64,000 bases of DNA from an uncultured Nitrospinota bacterium (GCA_963707985.1 CAVPRW010000007.1:32001-96000), one strand, 5' to 3'; shown: positions 10,560-21,917, counted from the stretch's first letter. A program made the numbers and translations. The notes: generated by a model from the letters alone, not told the origin.

Positions 10560-11551
10560 TAGCGTGGCCCATCCTTTAAGAAGGTGTCCGGGTTGATCAT
10601 CAGTCCATTGTTACCATCCTTCGGGACGACAAGCAGCTTGACATCCTTCGCTAGTCGGTGAATCCACATGTATTCCAGAAGGCGCGGATTCTTCGCAATA
10701 CTGCTATTGATCACCTCGAACGCCTCAGACTCGCCCTGAGCTTCCTTGACTCGCGCCTCGGCGCGTTTTTGGGCTTGTTGGACCTCAAACTCGAGCTGCT
10801 GGACCTTTTGCCCAGCCATCATTTTGCTCTCCAACGCCGCCTCAAATTCCTTGCTAAACAGGACATCACGCAGTAACACTTCCTCGCAGATCAAGCCATC
10901 CCGCGCAAACATGCCCTTCAGGCGATCGAAAATCTGCTGCTGGATGGTCGCCCGCCGTTTGCTATAGACATCGAGGATGTTATATTCAGAGACCACCATA
11001 CGGCTCACGTTGCGGATCGCCGGACGAATGATCTTGTCTTCGTAGTCCGGACCGATGCTGCGATGCAACTCTGCTAAACGGGCGGGATCTGGCTTATACC
11101 GAACGGTAATCTCTACCCCAACCTTGAGACCGTCAGCAGTCGGGGCCCACAGGGTCTCATTATCGCCTCGCATCGCCTCGCTTGGCCGTTGCGACATGGT
11201 ATAGGTGTGCGTGCGGACATCATAGCGCGTCACTTGCTGGACCAGCGGTAGAATGAAGTGTAGTCCCTCGATCAACGGGTCGGAGAGGACACCACGGAAG
11301 ATGTCGAAAACTACCCCTCGCGATCCTGCACGAACGACCACCATGCTTGAGAAGATCAGCAGGAAGAGGGCAAGGCCACTAACCACGAAGAGGAGACGGC
11401 GATGCGTGAGCCAGGGGAGGAGGCTATGCAGTGAAGGGGGAGCTTCCCCCTCACTACGAGGGCCTGACCACGCCGCCAGCCGATGGGTGAAGAACCAATA
11501 GGTTAGCGAGATCAGAAAGAGAAATACGATAATCCACATCAGCGCAGCCAT
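10559..11551 (-). CDS. SPFH/band 7/prohibitin family membrane protein
   Basis: Two N-terminal TM segments; [31 protein letters not shown], coiled-coil EAQGE; stop overlaps the ATPase start. Confidence 0.9.
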   Translation of the reverse strand: MAALMWIIVFLFLISLTYWFFTHRLAAWSGPRSEGEAPPSLHSLLPWLTHRRLLFVVSGLALFLLIFSSMVVVRAGSRGVVFDIFRGVLSDPLIEGLHFILPLVQQVTRYDVRTHTYTMSQRPSEAMRGDNETLWAPTADGLKVGVEITVRYKPDPARLAELHRSIGPDYEDKIIRPAIRNVSRMVVSEYNILDVYSKRRATIQQQIFDRLKGMFARDGLICEEVLLRDVLFSKEFEAALESKMMAGQKVQQLEFEVQQAQKRAEARVKEAQGESEAFEVINSSIAKNPRLLEYMWIHRLAKDVKLLVVPKDGNNGLMINPDTFLKDGPR

Positions 11552-11613
11552 GGACTTCCCTTCCTGGGTGGGAAGATCCTGTGGAGATTCCACGGGAGCA
11601 GTCCCGATTTCCT

Positions 11614-11643
11614 ATTGTATGCCACGTAGCAAATCCCTGTCAA
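11614..11643 (-). promoter_or_regulatory. Candidate sigma70 promoter for the SPFH-AAA operon
   Basis: TTGACA-N18-TACAAT on the minus strand. Confidence 0.5.
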
Positions 11644-11948
11644 CATCTCCACCTCCTCGGGTAGACTCAACCGGAGCATGGATGTATAATCATATCCCCC
11701 AAGAGACCGGGCTCTTTTGTTTTGATCCTCTCCTGGATCTCGTGCACACCCCCCCTCACACCGCGTGGCCACAGCCCGTCCGCTCCGTTAGTTGGCCGCA
11801 GCGGCCTTGTCTAAGCGCTTCTTCCTCTGAGCGATAACTGCCTACCAGCGGGCTCTATCAGAGGCCTGCGGTCGCCGGCCTGTGAGGGAAGAGAGTCCTA
11901 CCGGCATGACAGATGGGCAGAAAGACCCCGTTGAATCATGTTTTTAAC

Positions 11949-12142
11949 TGTTTAAAAATGATGGTAAAGTGATGGTTTGAAACTGCAGAATGCAAAGGGT
12001 GAATGAGAGGGTCGCCGGAAGCGACGCGTCGCTTCCGGCAGGCCTGGGGAAGAGAGGTCTAACTCTCGATTTGGCTGTTCATACGAAAACCTTTGCCTTC
12101 GATGATCACGGTCTCGGCATGATGCAGCAGCCGATTCAGCCT
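11949..12142. mobile_element. Probable IS21-family end remnant
   Basis: TG-started AT-rich stretch with repeated TGATGGT ending TGAAACTGCAG, followed by AFDDHGLGMMQQPIQ, text I recall from IS21-type ends; no transposase present. Confidence 0.4.
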
Positions 12143-12281
12143 TTTTGTGCCGCTTGTGTGGCCACGGGGGCCTAGTGCTCCGCGATAAAGGCCAGTTTCA
12201 GATAGGTCAGAGGCTGATCCAGTCGGACTCTGCTGCACTAGCCCTGTGCCGACGGTGATTGGACCCGTGCCCCCATACCGC

Positions 12282-13193
12282 CTAGAGTTGGCGCCGGGTT
12301 GGGTCGAAGCGGTCGCGCAGCCAGTCACCGACAAGGTTGCTTGCCATCACCAGCAAACTGATGGCCACACCGGGGATCAAGGGCAGCCACCAGGCAGCGT
12401 AGAGATATTTTTGCGATTCGGCCAACATAATCCCCCAGGAGGGCTGCGGCCGCGGAATTCCCAGGCCTAGGAAGCTCAGGGTCGCCTCGGCAATCACCGC
12501 GGAGCCCACGCCCAGGGTGGCTAGGACCAGTAGGGTATTGATCAGATTGGGGAAGATGTGTCTTCCGATAATCCGCCAGCGGCTACACCCGGCGACGATC
12601 GCCAGTTGCACAAAATCCGTGGCGGCGAGGCGGAGGACTTCGCCCCGCAACACCCTAGCATAGTCCATCCAGCGCAACAAGCCTATGACCAGAATCACCA
12701 CCATCAGACTCGGTTTGAGAATCGAGATGACCGTCACGGCGATCATGAGATATGGCAGGGCCAGGAAGGCATCGGTAATCTGCATGAGCACACGGTCGGC
12801 CCAGCCTCTAAACACCGCACTGATCAGGGCCATGGCGGTGCCGACGGCCCCCGCCACAAAGACCGCCAGAAAGCCTACCGTGACAGAGATGCGAGCGCCA
12901 TAGATCAGGCGGCTGAGGATATCCCTGCCCAGATGGTCCGTGCCGAGCAGATGGCCGGTAAGGCTTGGGGCAGAGAGCGCTAGGGTTGGATTCGTCTTAA
13001 TCGGGTCATAAGGCGCCAGCACGGGGGCAAAGAGGGCGCAGATCATGCTGACCGCCAGGACGAGCAGCGAAAAGGTCGGAACACCGTGCACGATGAGGCG
13101 AGACTTGTGAATGCCCAGCGCGATCCGGGCTGATACCGAGGCGCCCTGCCGAGACGTCGCCGCGATGCTGGGAAGACTTCTCGTTGTCGTCAT
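12282..13193 (-). CDS. Peptide/nickel ABC transporter permease (DppC-like)
   Basis: HLLGTDHLGRDILSRLIYGARIS; RHIFPN; EATLSFLGLG..P.PSWG. Confidence 0.92.
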   Translation of the reverse strand: MTTTRSLPSIAATSRQGASVSARIALGIHKSRLIVHGVPTFSLLVLAVSMICALFAPVLAPYDPIKTNPTLALSAPSLTGHLLGTDHLGRDILSRLIYGARISVTVGFLAVFVAGAVGTAMALISAVFRGWADRVLMQITDAFLALPYLMIAVTVISILKPSLMVVILVIGLLRWMDYARVLRGEVLRLAATDFVQLAIVAGCSRWRIIGRHIFPNLINTLLVLATLGVGSAVIAEATLSFLGLGIPRPQPSWGIMLAESQKYLYAAWWLPLIPGVAISLLVMASNLVGDWLRDRFDPTRRQL

Positions 13194-13205
13194 CGTCAGC
13201 CCTCT

Positions 13206-14138
13206 CTAGCGCGCTATTCGAATGCGCGGATCGATCCAGGCATACGCCAGATCGACCAGCAGATTGACCACGACGATGACCAGGGCGGCGAAGAACACGA
13301 CGGTTTGGACCACGGCATAATCGCGCGCAAAAATAGCATCCACCAGGAGCCGACCGATCCCGGGCCAAGCAAAGATGGTCTCGGTGACCACGGCGCCAGA
13401 GATGAGATGGGCGAAATTCACGGCGAACAGGGTGAACACCGGGATGGCGGCATTTTTGAGCGCATGTTTCCAGATCACCAACCGCTGCGGCAGACCCTTC
13501 ACCCGGGCCATTTTCACATAATCGGTATCCAGGGAGTCCAACATGCTGGAACGAACGATGCGCATATGGGAAGCCGACAGCAGCCAGCCGAGGGAGATGG
13601 CGGGCATAATTACGCCTGGCCATCCGAGGCGGTCGATGCCGCCGGCGCTCGGGAGCCATCCCAAATACACCGTGAAGAGCAGAATGAGCAATAACCCGAC
13701 CCAGAAGACCGGCATCGACTGGCCAGCGATGGCAAACACCTTGCCAATCCGGTCTACGAGAGAATGGGGCTGGCTGGCTGAAATGACCCCAGCCGGTATG
13801 CCGATGACGATGGAAAACAGGAGCGCCGCCGCCGTCAGCTGCAAGGTGGCCGGCACCCGTTCCAGGACCACCTGTAAGGCTTCACCCTGGGTGCCTCGCA
13901 AGGACTTTCCGAATTCCCCGGTGATGACGCTCTTATGAAACAGTAAGAACTGTTTCCACATCGGCTCATCCAGACCGTAGGCTTGCCGTAGTGACGCCCG
14001 GTCGGCCCACGGCATGTCTGGAGGCGCCAGAAAATCCGCCGGATTACCCGTCATCCGCAGTAGAGCGAAGACCACTAACGTGGTGATCCAGATGGTGATG
14101 CACCCCTCGCCGAAGCGTTTGGCGAGATACCGAGGCAT
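13206..14138 (-). CDS. Peptide/nickel ABC transporter permease (DppB-like)
   Basis: Start MPRYLAKRF; GLDEP, SMPVFWVG, YVKMARVKGL, KHALKNA, ETIFAWPGIG. Confidence 0.92.
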   Translation of the reverse strand: MPRYLAKRFGEGCITIWITTLVVFALLRMTGNPADFLAPPDMPWADRASLRQAYGLDEPMWKQFLLFHKSVITGEFGKSLRGTQGEALQVVLERVPATLQLTAAALLFSIVIGIPAGVISASQPHSLVDRIGKVFAIAGQSMPVFWVGLLLILLFTVYLGWLPSAGGIDRLGWPGVIMPAISLGWLLSASHMRIVRSSMLDSLDTDYVKMARVKGLPQRLVIWKHALKNAAIPVFTLFAVNFAHLISGAVVTETIFAWPGIGRLLVDAIFARDYAVVQTVVFFAALVIVVVNLLVDLAYAWIDPRIRIAR

Positions 14139-14154
14139 GGCAAGACTCCTCGTC

Positions 14155-15908
14155 TTACTTCCTGAGCACAATGCGATTGAGGTCGGTGAAATGTGCCCCG
14201 TACTCGGGGATGGGGTGGGCCAGGACGCGATCGGTATAACCATAGACAGCGCTGGCGTCGTACAACGGGATCACCCAATGGTTACGCAACACCTCATCCT
14301 CGATCTCCGCCATTAAGCGAAGCCGCGTGGCCTCGTCGAGGGTCCGCGTCAGCTCTCTTGTGAGCGCATCAGTCTCATCGTTGTAGACGGCTCTGCCCCC
14401 GCCGGACGAGGCCGATTGCTCGGCGATGTATTCTCCGGCTTCCTGGCGCCCCCAGGTCACCAAGGTCATCGGACGATAGGCCCGGTCCGGCCGGTTGAGG
14501 CGAGTGTAAAACTCCGTGGGATCATGTTGGACGATCTTGAGGTCGACGCCAATATCTTTCCAGTAGCTGGCAATCGCCTCAAGCGCTTCGGGCTGTCCGG
14601 GCCTGCCCGTAAAAACGCCAAAGTGGATGGTAGTGGAGAAGCCGTTCGGATAACCTGCCTCCGCCAGCAACGCCTTGGCGCGTGTGGGATCGTAGGGTGA
14701 GATCTTCTCGGCCTGCTCTTTGCGCCAGCCGAACGACCCCATACTATAGATGGACTGGTTGAGCGACGTAAACCCGTAATGAAAATTCTCGACAATGGCG
14801 CGCTTATCGATGGCCAGCTCTAGGGCCTCGCGGACTTTCGGTTTGAGCGTAGGGTCATCTTGCAAGGCTTCCCAGCCTGGCAGCTTCTCCTTGATGATGA
14901 ACTCGGCGTCGAAGGTAATCTGCATCTTCCCGTTCGCTAGATGAGTCTGGGTCCAGATCGGTCCCTTGTGGGGATTGACACCACGCGTGATTGACTCCGA
15001 GCGGGGCAAGTCTTTGGCGATGGCATACGGGATATTGACCACCATATCTGCTTGCTTGCCCCGCAGCAGGGCGAAACGTGCTGCGTCATCAGGCACCTGG
15101 AGCCATTCCATCAGGCGGTGTTGGGGTTTCTGCCAATAGGTATAATCGCCCCAGAAGTCCTCCCAACGCTCCCAGACGATGCGCTCACCAGGCTTGAAGG
15201 TCCTGAGCTGGTAGGGCCCGCCCCCTAGGGGCTTTTTGATATAGCCCTCATGCCCTACCTTCTTGAGATAGGCACTGGGTCCGAACCAAACTTGGTGGTA
15301 ATTGGCGCCGCTGACCAGCGAGAAGAAACTTGGATCCGGCATCTCTGTCTTGATCAACACATGGTGCGGATCGATGATCTGTACCTCCTGCACCACCCGC
15401 GTGAATTGCCCGATTCTGGGTGTCCCTTTGAAGTCGGGTGCGTACTTTCCCATCAAGGCTTCGACGTTAGCCTTGAAGTCTTCGGCGGTGGCCGGTGTAC
15501 CATCCTGCCATCTAGCCTTCGGATTGAGGGTAAAGTAAATCCCTTCATTGGCCTGCCGCCATTCGGTAGCCCACAGTGGCACCACCTGCATTTGCTCATT
15601 ACGATGCAGGAGCCGTAAGTTCAAGTAGCTTTGGAGCATCCCGGTACCGATGTATTGCCAGGGGTCGATGACGTCTCCCCCCACCCGTCGAAGGCAACAG
15701 TCAGCTGTTCGACTGTTGCCGGAACGCCATCCACACCAGCTTGAGGCAAGGTTCCCTGGTTTGCTATCGCTGCCACGGCAGGAGACACGGGTAGAAACCC
15801 TACGTGTGGTCTCTGAGTGTACACGGACGCGCACATAGCGCCCAGGAGGATTACGAATAACAGGAGGCTCATCAGCCCTCTGGCTCGAAGTCTACGGTGG
15901 TGGAGCAT
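14155..15908 (-). CDS. ABC transporter substrate-binding protein, family 5; apparent frameshift at C6 run 15677-15682
   Basis: Signal-like MLHHRRLRARG..LLLFVILLG with GGGAGG RBS; adding one G gives FDGWGGDVIDP; WQDGTPATAED, GGGPY, VREALELAIDK, YDPTRAKALLAEAGY. Confidence 0.85.
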
Positions 15909-16567
15909 ACTCCTCCCTTGTCTCGGCTTTGGTGGCAGTCTCCGACCTTTATGGATGGCCTCGTGCCGCCAGTTTCGAGGCCGACGGTCGAAGGCGGAAG
16001 CGCGAAGTGCCGAGGGCTTTGCTACGGTCCTCGAATTGTAGCAGTGTCCATCTAGCGCGAGATCGAAGGCTGTGTGAGGGAACAGCATATCTGATGCCAT
16101 CAAGCAGTGATATAATTCGCAGTCGCCTAAGTCGTTGAGATATAGAACGAAGATGGCGTGGGATGAGGTCAAGCGCCGATTCGAGGGCTGTAGGATGTTC
16201 TGCCAAGCTGTTGTCCACCCAACAGCCTGGCAGCAGGCTGCTGCTCCAGCAGCAGCACCGGTACCGAATCGCTCTCAGGTCGCGCGATTCACCGCAAACA
16301 GTGGGGCATGGTGGCTCAGTATAACTGGCGTCAGCCGTGGGAGGACGGATCTTCCTCGCTACCTATGTGATTTTTGACTGTCTAAAGCTGGCCACGGTGG
16401 TCAGCACTGCGCAGCACGCGCATTAGTTGACAGCTCAGCCTTTTAGAAACTTCACGGGCAACTGTTGCGCCTCTGCTGGCCAATCTTGCACAGCCATTGC
16501 CTACAACCATGCTGATCGTGGTCGCGAATTTGCCCGCATCAGTGCCAGTTGTCGGCTTCTGGTGGAG

Positions 16568-16583
16568 TTGGCATGGCCCTTGC
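16568..16583 (+). promoter_or_regulatory. Sigma54 -24/-12 promoter candidate
   Basis: TTGGCATGGCCCTTGC with GG-N10-GC spacing, ~70 bp upstream of ATG 16654. Confidence 0.55.
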
Positions 16584-16653
16584 CCCTAGAGAGCTGGCAA
16601 TCAGGATCTTCCCATACCAAGAAGGCAGCAGAAGGGGAGGAGGTGGATGCGCC

Positions 16654-17541
16654 ATGGAAGTGCTCTGGCTTGGCCACGCAGACTGCCACGACGTCAATAC
16701 GGCCGGTGCCAAGGCGGCGCACCTCAGCCGCTTGGCCTCCCGCTGTCGCATCCCTCCTGGATTCTGCATCGCTGCCCAGGCATATTCCCAGTGGCCAGAG
16801 GGGATCGACAGTACGTTTCCAGCTTCGGCCACCCCGTCGATGCCGTTCGCTCCCTCCGAGGCGTTGGCGTCTGCCTATCGACACTTGGGCGAGCTCTGCG
16901 GCATTGCCGACCCCAGTGTGGCGGTGAGGTCATCAGCAATCGACGAGGATAGTGCCACCCTCTCCTTCGCCGGTCAGCACGAAACCTACCTGAATATCGT
17001 CGGAGCACACGCCGTGGCAGAGGCGGTGGTCCGATGTTGGGCCTCTATTCGAACGGCGCGAGCCTTGGCCTACCGCCAACGGCAGGGATCATCCATTATA
17101 GGAGCCCGTCTCGCTGTACTGGTGCAGCAGCTTGTCCCAGCGGACGCGTCCGCGGTGGTGTTCAGCGCCAACCCCGTGACTGGTTGTGACGATGAGGTGA
17201 TGATCAACGCCAGTTGGGGCCTGGGAGAGAGCCTCGTCAGTGGCACCGTAACGCCGGATACCTTTATCGTACGCAAATCAGACCTGGCCATCGACTGCCA
17301 CGACATTGCTGAAAAACGCCGCATGACCGTGCGTGCGCAACATGGTACATACGAGGTGCCAGTGCCGCGCAAGCACCAGAAAATCCCCAGCATAGATGAT
17401 GCCCAGGTGATGGAGCTGACTCGTCTCAGCATGGCCCTGGAGACGGCGATGGGCTGGCCCGTGGATATCGAGTGTGCGTACCAAGGGCGAGACTTGTACC
17501 TGCTCCAATGCCGGCCGATTACCGCGCTGGTCGCCCGGTGA
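16654..17541 (+). CDS. Stand-alone PEP/pyruvate-binding (ATP-grasp, PPDK_N) domain protein
   Basis: GAKAAHL, VAVRSSA..EDS...[29 protein letters not shown]...[10 protein letters not shown]. Confidence 0.88.
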   Translation: MEVLWLGHADCHDVNTAGAKAAHLSRLASRCRIPPGFCIAAQAYSQWPEGIDSTFPASATPSMPFAPSEALASAYRHLGELCGIADPSVAVRSSAIDEDSATLSFAGQHETYLNIVGAHAVAEAVVRCWASIRTARALAYRQRQGSSIIGARLAVLVQQLVPADASAVVFSANPVTGCDDEVMINASWGLGESLVSGTVTPDTFIVRKSDLAIDCHDIAEKRRMTVRAQHGTYEVPVPRKHQKIPSIDDAQVMELTRLSMALETAMGWPVDIECAYQGRDLYLLQCRPITALVAR

Positions 17542-17720
17542 TCCTGACGGCGGTGGTTTCTGATACCGGTGGCGTCCTCAGTCACTGCGCCATCGTTTCC
17601 CGAGAGTATCGCATCCCATGCGTGGTGGGGACGGTTGTAGGGACCTCGGTTCTCAAGGACGGCATGTTGTTGACAGTTGATGGCTCCCGAGGGATTGTGC
17701 GTATTGACGCACGAATCTAG
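17538..17720 (+). CDS. Fragment of a PEP-utilising mobile (phospho-His swivel) domain; possible gene remnant
   Basis: [26 protein letters not shown]...VDGSRG; GTGA overlap with the upstream stop; only 60 aa. Confidence 0.7.
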   Translation: MILTAVVSDTGGVLSHCAIVSREYRIPCVVGTVVGTSVLKDGMLLTVDGSRGIVRIDARI

Positions 17721-17983
17721 GGGGAACACGAACCGCGACACGACATCCGCAGGGCGACTATCTTTCGTAGAACCATTAGCGTTATCGAAGCTGGCGCTGG
17801 ATAGCCTGCGTGCCCCACTGCCATGTCGAGGCACCAGTTGCCCACCTTGGCAGTGGCGCGTTATTATATAGTGGTAGCCGACCCGAGCGGCTACGCCTTC
17901 CATGTGGGTTGATGCGTGACCGCAGTGGCGTAGATCCGGGTAGATGCATGATGGCTACGGATACCCTCAAGGGAGGAGTATGC

Positions 17984-19345
17984 ATGGCGCCTCACATCGG
18001 TCAACAGGCGGTCGTCATCGGCGGGAGCATGGCGGGGCTGATGACGGCACGGGTGCTCGCCGATCACTTCGACACCGTCACCGTGCTCGAACGGGACCAT
18101 GTCGATGATCGACCCGCGCTGCGTCAATCGATCCCGCAGGGCTCCCATCTCCATGGGTTGCTGTTGGGTGGACAGCAGGTTATGGCATCGTTGTACCCTG
18201 GTTTCCTCAAGGAGTTAGAAGCGCTGGGTGCGGCACGCTGTCGATCCGGCACGGAGGTGGCCTTCTACCTCCCAACGGGGAAGGCGTTTTCGATGACGGG
18301 CACGGTGCAAGAGCCACGCGATCTGGGATTTGATATCACCTGTCAGAGTCGTGGGCTCCTGGAACACTGCGTGCGCCACGGCACCCTGCAGCATAACAAC
18401 ATCGCATTTGCCGGGGAGAGCACCGTGCATGGGCTGATGTACGCCGACGGGCGCGTCCGTGGTGTGCACTACAATCAGGCTGGCGACACCCGGTGCCTTG
18501 CTGCTGACCTCGTGGTCGACGCTGGTGGACGGCGATCGCAAACGCCTCGCTGGCTCACGGCGCTCGGTTTCCAATCTCCGGAGGTGACGACGATCGGGGT
18601 GGATATCGCCTATGCCAGCACCAAGTTCCGTGTACCGGAGACCTACGATGAGCCGGAGTCGCTGTTGGTGTTTATTGGCCCCCCACCGGATTTTCCCGAT
18701 GGGGCCATTTTGGAGATCATCGAGCAGCGCACCTGGCATGTGACCTTGATGGGCCGCTTCGGGAACTATCCCCCGCACGACGCCGCGGGCTTTTTAGCCT
18801 TTGCCAAGGGCCTCCATACTCCCAAGCTGCACGACCTCATCAAAGACGCGGAGCGGGTGGCTGACATCACCACTTACCGATTTCCCACCAGCCTGCGGCA
18901 TCATTACGAACGGCTGACGACCTTTTCCGATGGCCTGGTGGTCTTGGGGGACGCCATTAGCAGCGTCAATCCATTCTATGGCCAGGGGATGAGCGCGGCC
19001 GCACTGCAGGTCCAGGCGTTACAGCAGATTTTGTCGGAGCGAGCAGCTGGAGCGCGAGGACTTGACGGTATGGCAGGTGACTTTTTTCCGAAGGCGGCGG
19101 TGATCGTTGAGAGGCCGTGGACCCTGGCGGCCCTGCGGGATTTTGCCTATCCGGGGACGCGTGGGGAACGCCCCACTGACCTGGAAGAACAGGCTCAGTA
19201 TTTCGCCGATGTGGATGCCCTCACGGCAGAGGACATTGAGGTCCAACGGCTGGTGACCGAAGTGTTCAATCTGGCCAAACCGCTTTCGTCCCTGCAGGAA
19301 GAGCCCTTGCGGAGCCGCGTAGAGGCCTACAGAAGACGTCACTAG
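17984..19345 (+). CDS. FAD-dependent oxidoreductase/monooxygenase
   Basis: Rossmann VVIGGSMAG..ERD, LVVDAGG, GDAISSVNPFYGQGMS; GGAGGAG RBS. Confidence 0.88.
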   Translation: MAPHIGQQAVVIGGSMAGLMTARVLADHFDTVTVLERDHVDDRPALRQSIPQGSHLHGLLLGGQQVMASLYPGFLKELEALGAARCRSGTEVAFYLPTGKAFSMTGTVQEPRDLGFDITCQSRGLLEHCVRHGTLQHNNIAFAGESTVHGLMYADGRVRGVHYNQAGDTRCLAADLVVDAGGRRSQTPRWLTALGFQSPEVTTIGVDIAYASTKFRVPETYDEPESLLVFIGPPPDFPDGAILEIIEQRTWHVTLMGRFGNYPPHDAAGFLAFAKGLHTPKLHDLIKDAERVADITTYRFPTSLRHHYERLTTFSDGLVVLGDAISSVNPFYGQGMSAAALQVQALQQILSERAAGARGLDGMAGDFFPKAAVIVERPWTLAALRDFAYPGTRGERPTDLEEQAQYFADVDALTAEDIEVQRLVTEVFNLAKPLSSLQEEPLRSRVEAYRRRH

Positions 19346-19531
19346 GGAAGTCTGTGGCAGCTTGCACGGAAGGCTGGAGAACAACCGCACGGCATTAGCG
19401 CACGTACCAGGCAGTGGGTCGGCCGGTCCCGGACTCTCTCCTACTTGTCTCGAGCTGCTCGGCAGCCGCAACACGTGATCTGGTATGGATAACGCTGTGC
19501 ATCTCGGTCTGGCCTTGGGAGATCTCAGACG

Positions 19532-19873
19532 ATGAGGCGCATGCTCGTGCTGGCTATCGTATCGTCGGTCATGGTCCTGGGTGGGACCATCGGGAGCGTG
19601 CTGGCGCAAGATTGCCATGGCCGGCTCATCGTCATCGGTGCAAGCCCCTGGGAGGTCATAGAGCGCTGTGGAGAGCCAACTGCAGTTGAAGACGTCATGG
19701 AATACATCCCACAACGCACCTTCGACCCCACCAGCAAGACCCCCATATATATCCTTGTACCCGTGCAGCAGAGCATCTGGACCTACAATTTTGGGTCGAC
19801 ACGCTTGCTGTATTATCTGACCTTCCAGCAGGGAAAATTGATCGGCATCAAGACGGGGGACTATGGAGGCTAG
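19532..19873 (+). CDS. DUF2845-like exported protein
   Basis: Signal peptide; C.GRLI.IG....EVIERCGEP; WTYNFG. Confidence 0.75.
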   Translation: MRRMLVLAIVSSVMVLGGTIGSVLAQDCHGRLIVIGASPWEVIERCGEPTAVEDVMEYIPQRTFDPTSKTPIYILVPVQQSIWTYNFGSTRLLYYLTFQQGKLIGIKTGDYGG

Positions 19874-20133
19874 ACTGCTCAGCAGCAACGGGGGGGTGAA
19901 CTGGAGATATATCAGGCATTTGGCGGTGGTGGCTGCGGAAGGCCGCATCACCATCATCGGGTGCATCCAGAAGCTAAGGGGGCGGCGCCGCGGGCCAGCG
20001 TCCTCTTCAGAAAGGTGCCGCTGGGAGCGCCAGCGGCGTGTAGACGTGGAGATCGAGATGGTATTGGGCCGCTCAGCGGTCTATGGTCATGCGCACTCCC
20101 GCCTGGCAAGCGCCCATCCCACACCCCCTCAGC

Positions 20134-21303
20134 TCATGGCATCGTGGTACCGAGCAACCGATGCCGGATCGCGACCGTCTGGGCCAAATCGATAGCGGTC
20201 CAGGCCATGGCCAAGGCGCCATGCATGAGCGCCTGGTCCGCCGCCGGGGTAACGCAGTGCGCGGCGAACTCTGGCTGGTGGTTCGTGGCGGGTAACGAGT
20301 CGATGCCGATCATCGGATGGATAGACGGCAGGGCAAGCGATACATTGCCCATGTCGGTCGAGCCACCAGGACGTGACGGTGCCGCAGGATCTGGGAAAAC
20401 ACGCCCCAAGGCCTCGGCATTACGACGATACGCCGCAGCGATGTCAGGATCGTGGCGCAACTGCGCATAGGGGTGGCGCTGCCCAGCAATCTCCAAGGTG
20501 GCGCCAGTCGCGACTGCCCCAGCCTCGAAGCAGCGAAGTACCTTCGTCCGGATCTCATCCAGGTCGTCGACCGTCTGGGCGCGCACGGCGTACTTGGCGG
20601 CCGTGTGGGCCGGGATGATGTTGGGGGCGTCTCCTCCCTTGGTGATGATGCCATGGATCCGATCCGTAGCACGAATGTGCTGGCGTAGCAAACCAAGAGC
20701 TACCTGGGCGATGGTCAAGGCATCCGCGGCGTTAATCCCACGCTCAGGAAAGGCAGCAGCGTGGGCCTCTTTGCCAGTATAGCGCACTTCGAAATAGGAA
20801 TTGGCGAGAGATACCGGGGTGACGTTATCCGTTGGGCTCGGATGCACCATCATGGCGGCATGCATCTCGGCAAACGCTCCACGCTCGAGTAATAGAATTT
20901 TCCCACCACCACCCATTTCTTCAGCAGGTGTACCGATGATGTGCACGGTCAAACCTACGTCATCGGCCACCTCCGCTGCAGCGATCCCGGCACCAGCAGA
21001 CATAGCGGCGATGATGTTGTGCCCACAGGCGTGCCCGATACCGGGAAGGCTGTCATACTCGGCACAGATGGCTAGGTGCAGTGGACCGCTACCAGAGCTT
21101 GCCATGAAGGCGGTGGGGAGATCGCAGATACCTCGTGTGACGGTAAAGCCCGCATCCGTTAATGTCTCTGCCAGCCAGGTCGAGGCCCGTTCCTCCTCAA
21201 AGCCAACCTCTGGGTGTGCATGAATGCGGTGGCTCAAGGCGATCAGATGGGAGCGCCCGGCATCCAAGCGAGTGCGTGCGGCGATTTTTGGCTCCATGAT
21301 CAT
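20134..21303 (-). CDS. M20 family metallo-amidohydrolase (AbgB/PM20D2-like)
   Basis: HAHPEVGFEE, EYDSLPGIGHACGHN, GTPAEE, GSTDMGNVS. Confidence 0.9.
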   Translation of the reverse strand: MIMEPKIAARTRLDAGRSHLIALSHRIHAHPEVGFEEERASTWLAETLTDAGFTVTRGICDLPTAFMASSGSGPLHLAICAEYDSLPGIGHACGHNIIAAMSAGAGIAAAEVADDVGLTVHIIGTPAEEMGGGGKILLLERGAFAEMHAAMMVHPSPTDNVTPVSLANSYFEVRYTGKEAHAAAFPERGINAADALTIAQVALGLLRQHIRATDRIHGIITKGGDAPNIIPAHTAAKYAVRAQTVDDLDEIRTKVLRCFEAGAVATGATLEIAGQRHPYAQLRHDPDIAAAYRRNAEALGRVFPDPAAPSRPGGSTDMGNVSLALPSIHPMIGIDSLPATNHQPEFAAHCVTPAADQALMHGALAMAWTAIDLAQTVAIRHRLLGTTMP

Positions 21304-21917
21304 GCTCCTCTTGGTTGTGCATCCTTTCGGAAGAGTTTCCACTTCTTAGATTCATAGCCGGGGCTGATCTCGATGGCTGGGAAGATGTCCGGCCCTACCT
21401 CGTAGCGACGTTGGCGCGTGAGACACGGGCGATCGGTGAAACGTGAGCCATATCACGTCTCCTTCCGTGCGCCTCACTGGGCCTATACCACGTGGAACAT
21501 CGTGAGTATCATACCCCATTTGGGAGTCGTCTTCCGTGAGAATTTCGGCGTTGTGGCTTATGGCCGGTCCGATGTTAAATCATGCCAACCATAGCAGTCC
21601 GACACTGCTCGTCAGCGGAAATCGATTCAAGCCAATCGACTTCACACCCCACCGGTGTCGAGGGTGTCAACTCATCAGCTATACGCGACCACCCTACCAA
21701 TCGTCCGGCATCTCGAGCACTCACGATAGGCATGGATAGCTCTAGCCGGGGTGCGCATTTCTACCCACGCCTGCATAATGCCAACCAGTTGATCGCTGCA
21801 GCTCTGGCTAGAGCTCATCTCGCGCGCCAGGTGAAGTGTGGTTACAAGCGGTCAAACAGCGTGTTTGGCGGACACTTGATGGGGGCAGAAGCCATAGCTG
21901 CTTTCGCATCGCAAATA

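Noticed and set aside
16654..19345. Rifamycin resistance locus (rph plus rox)
   Set aside because: No rifamycin-binding domain and no RAE palindrome seen; the FAD enzyme is not recognisably Rox.
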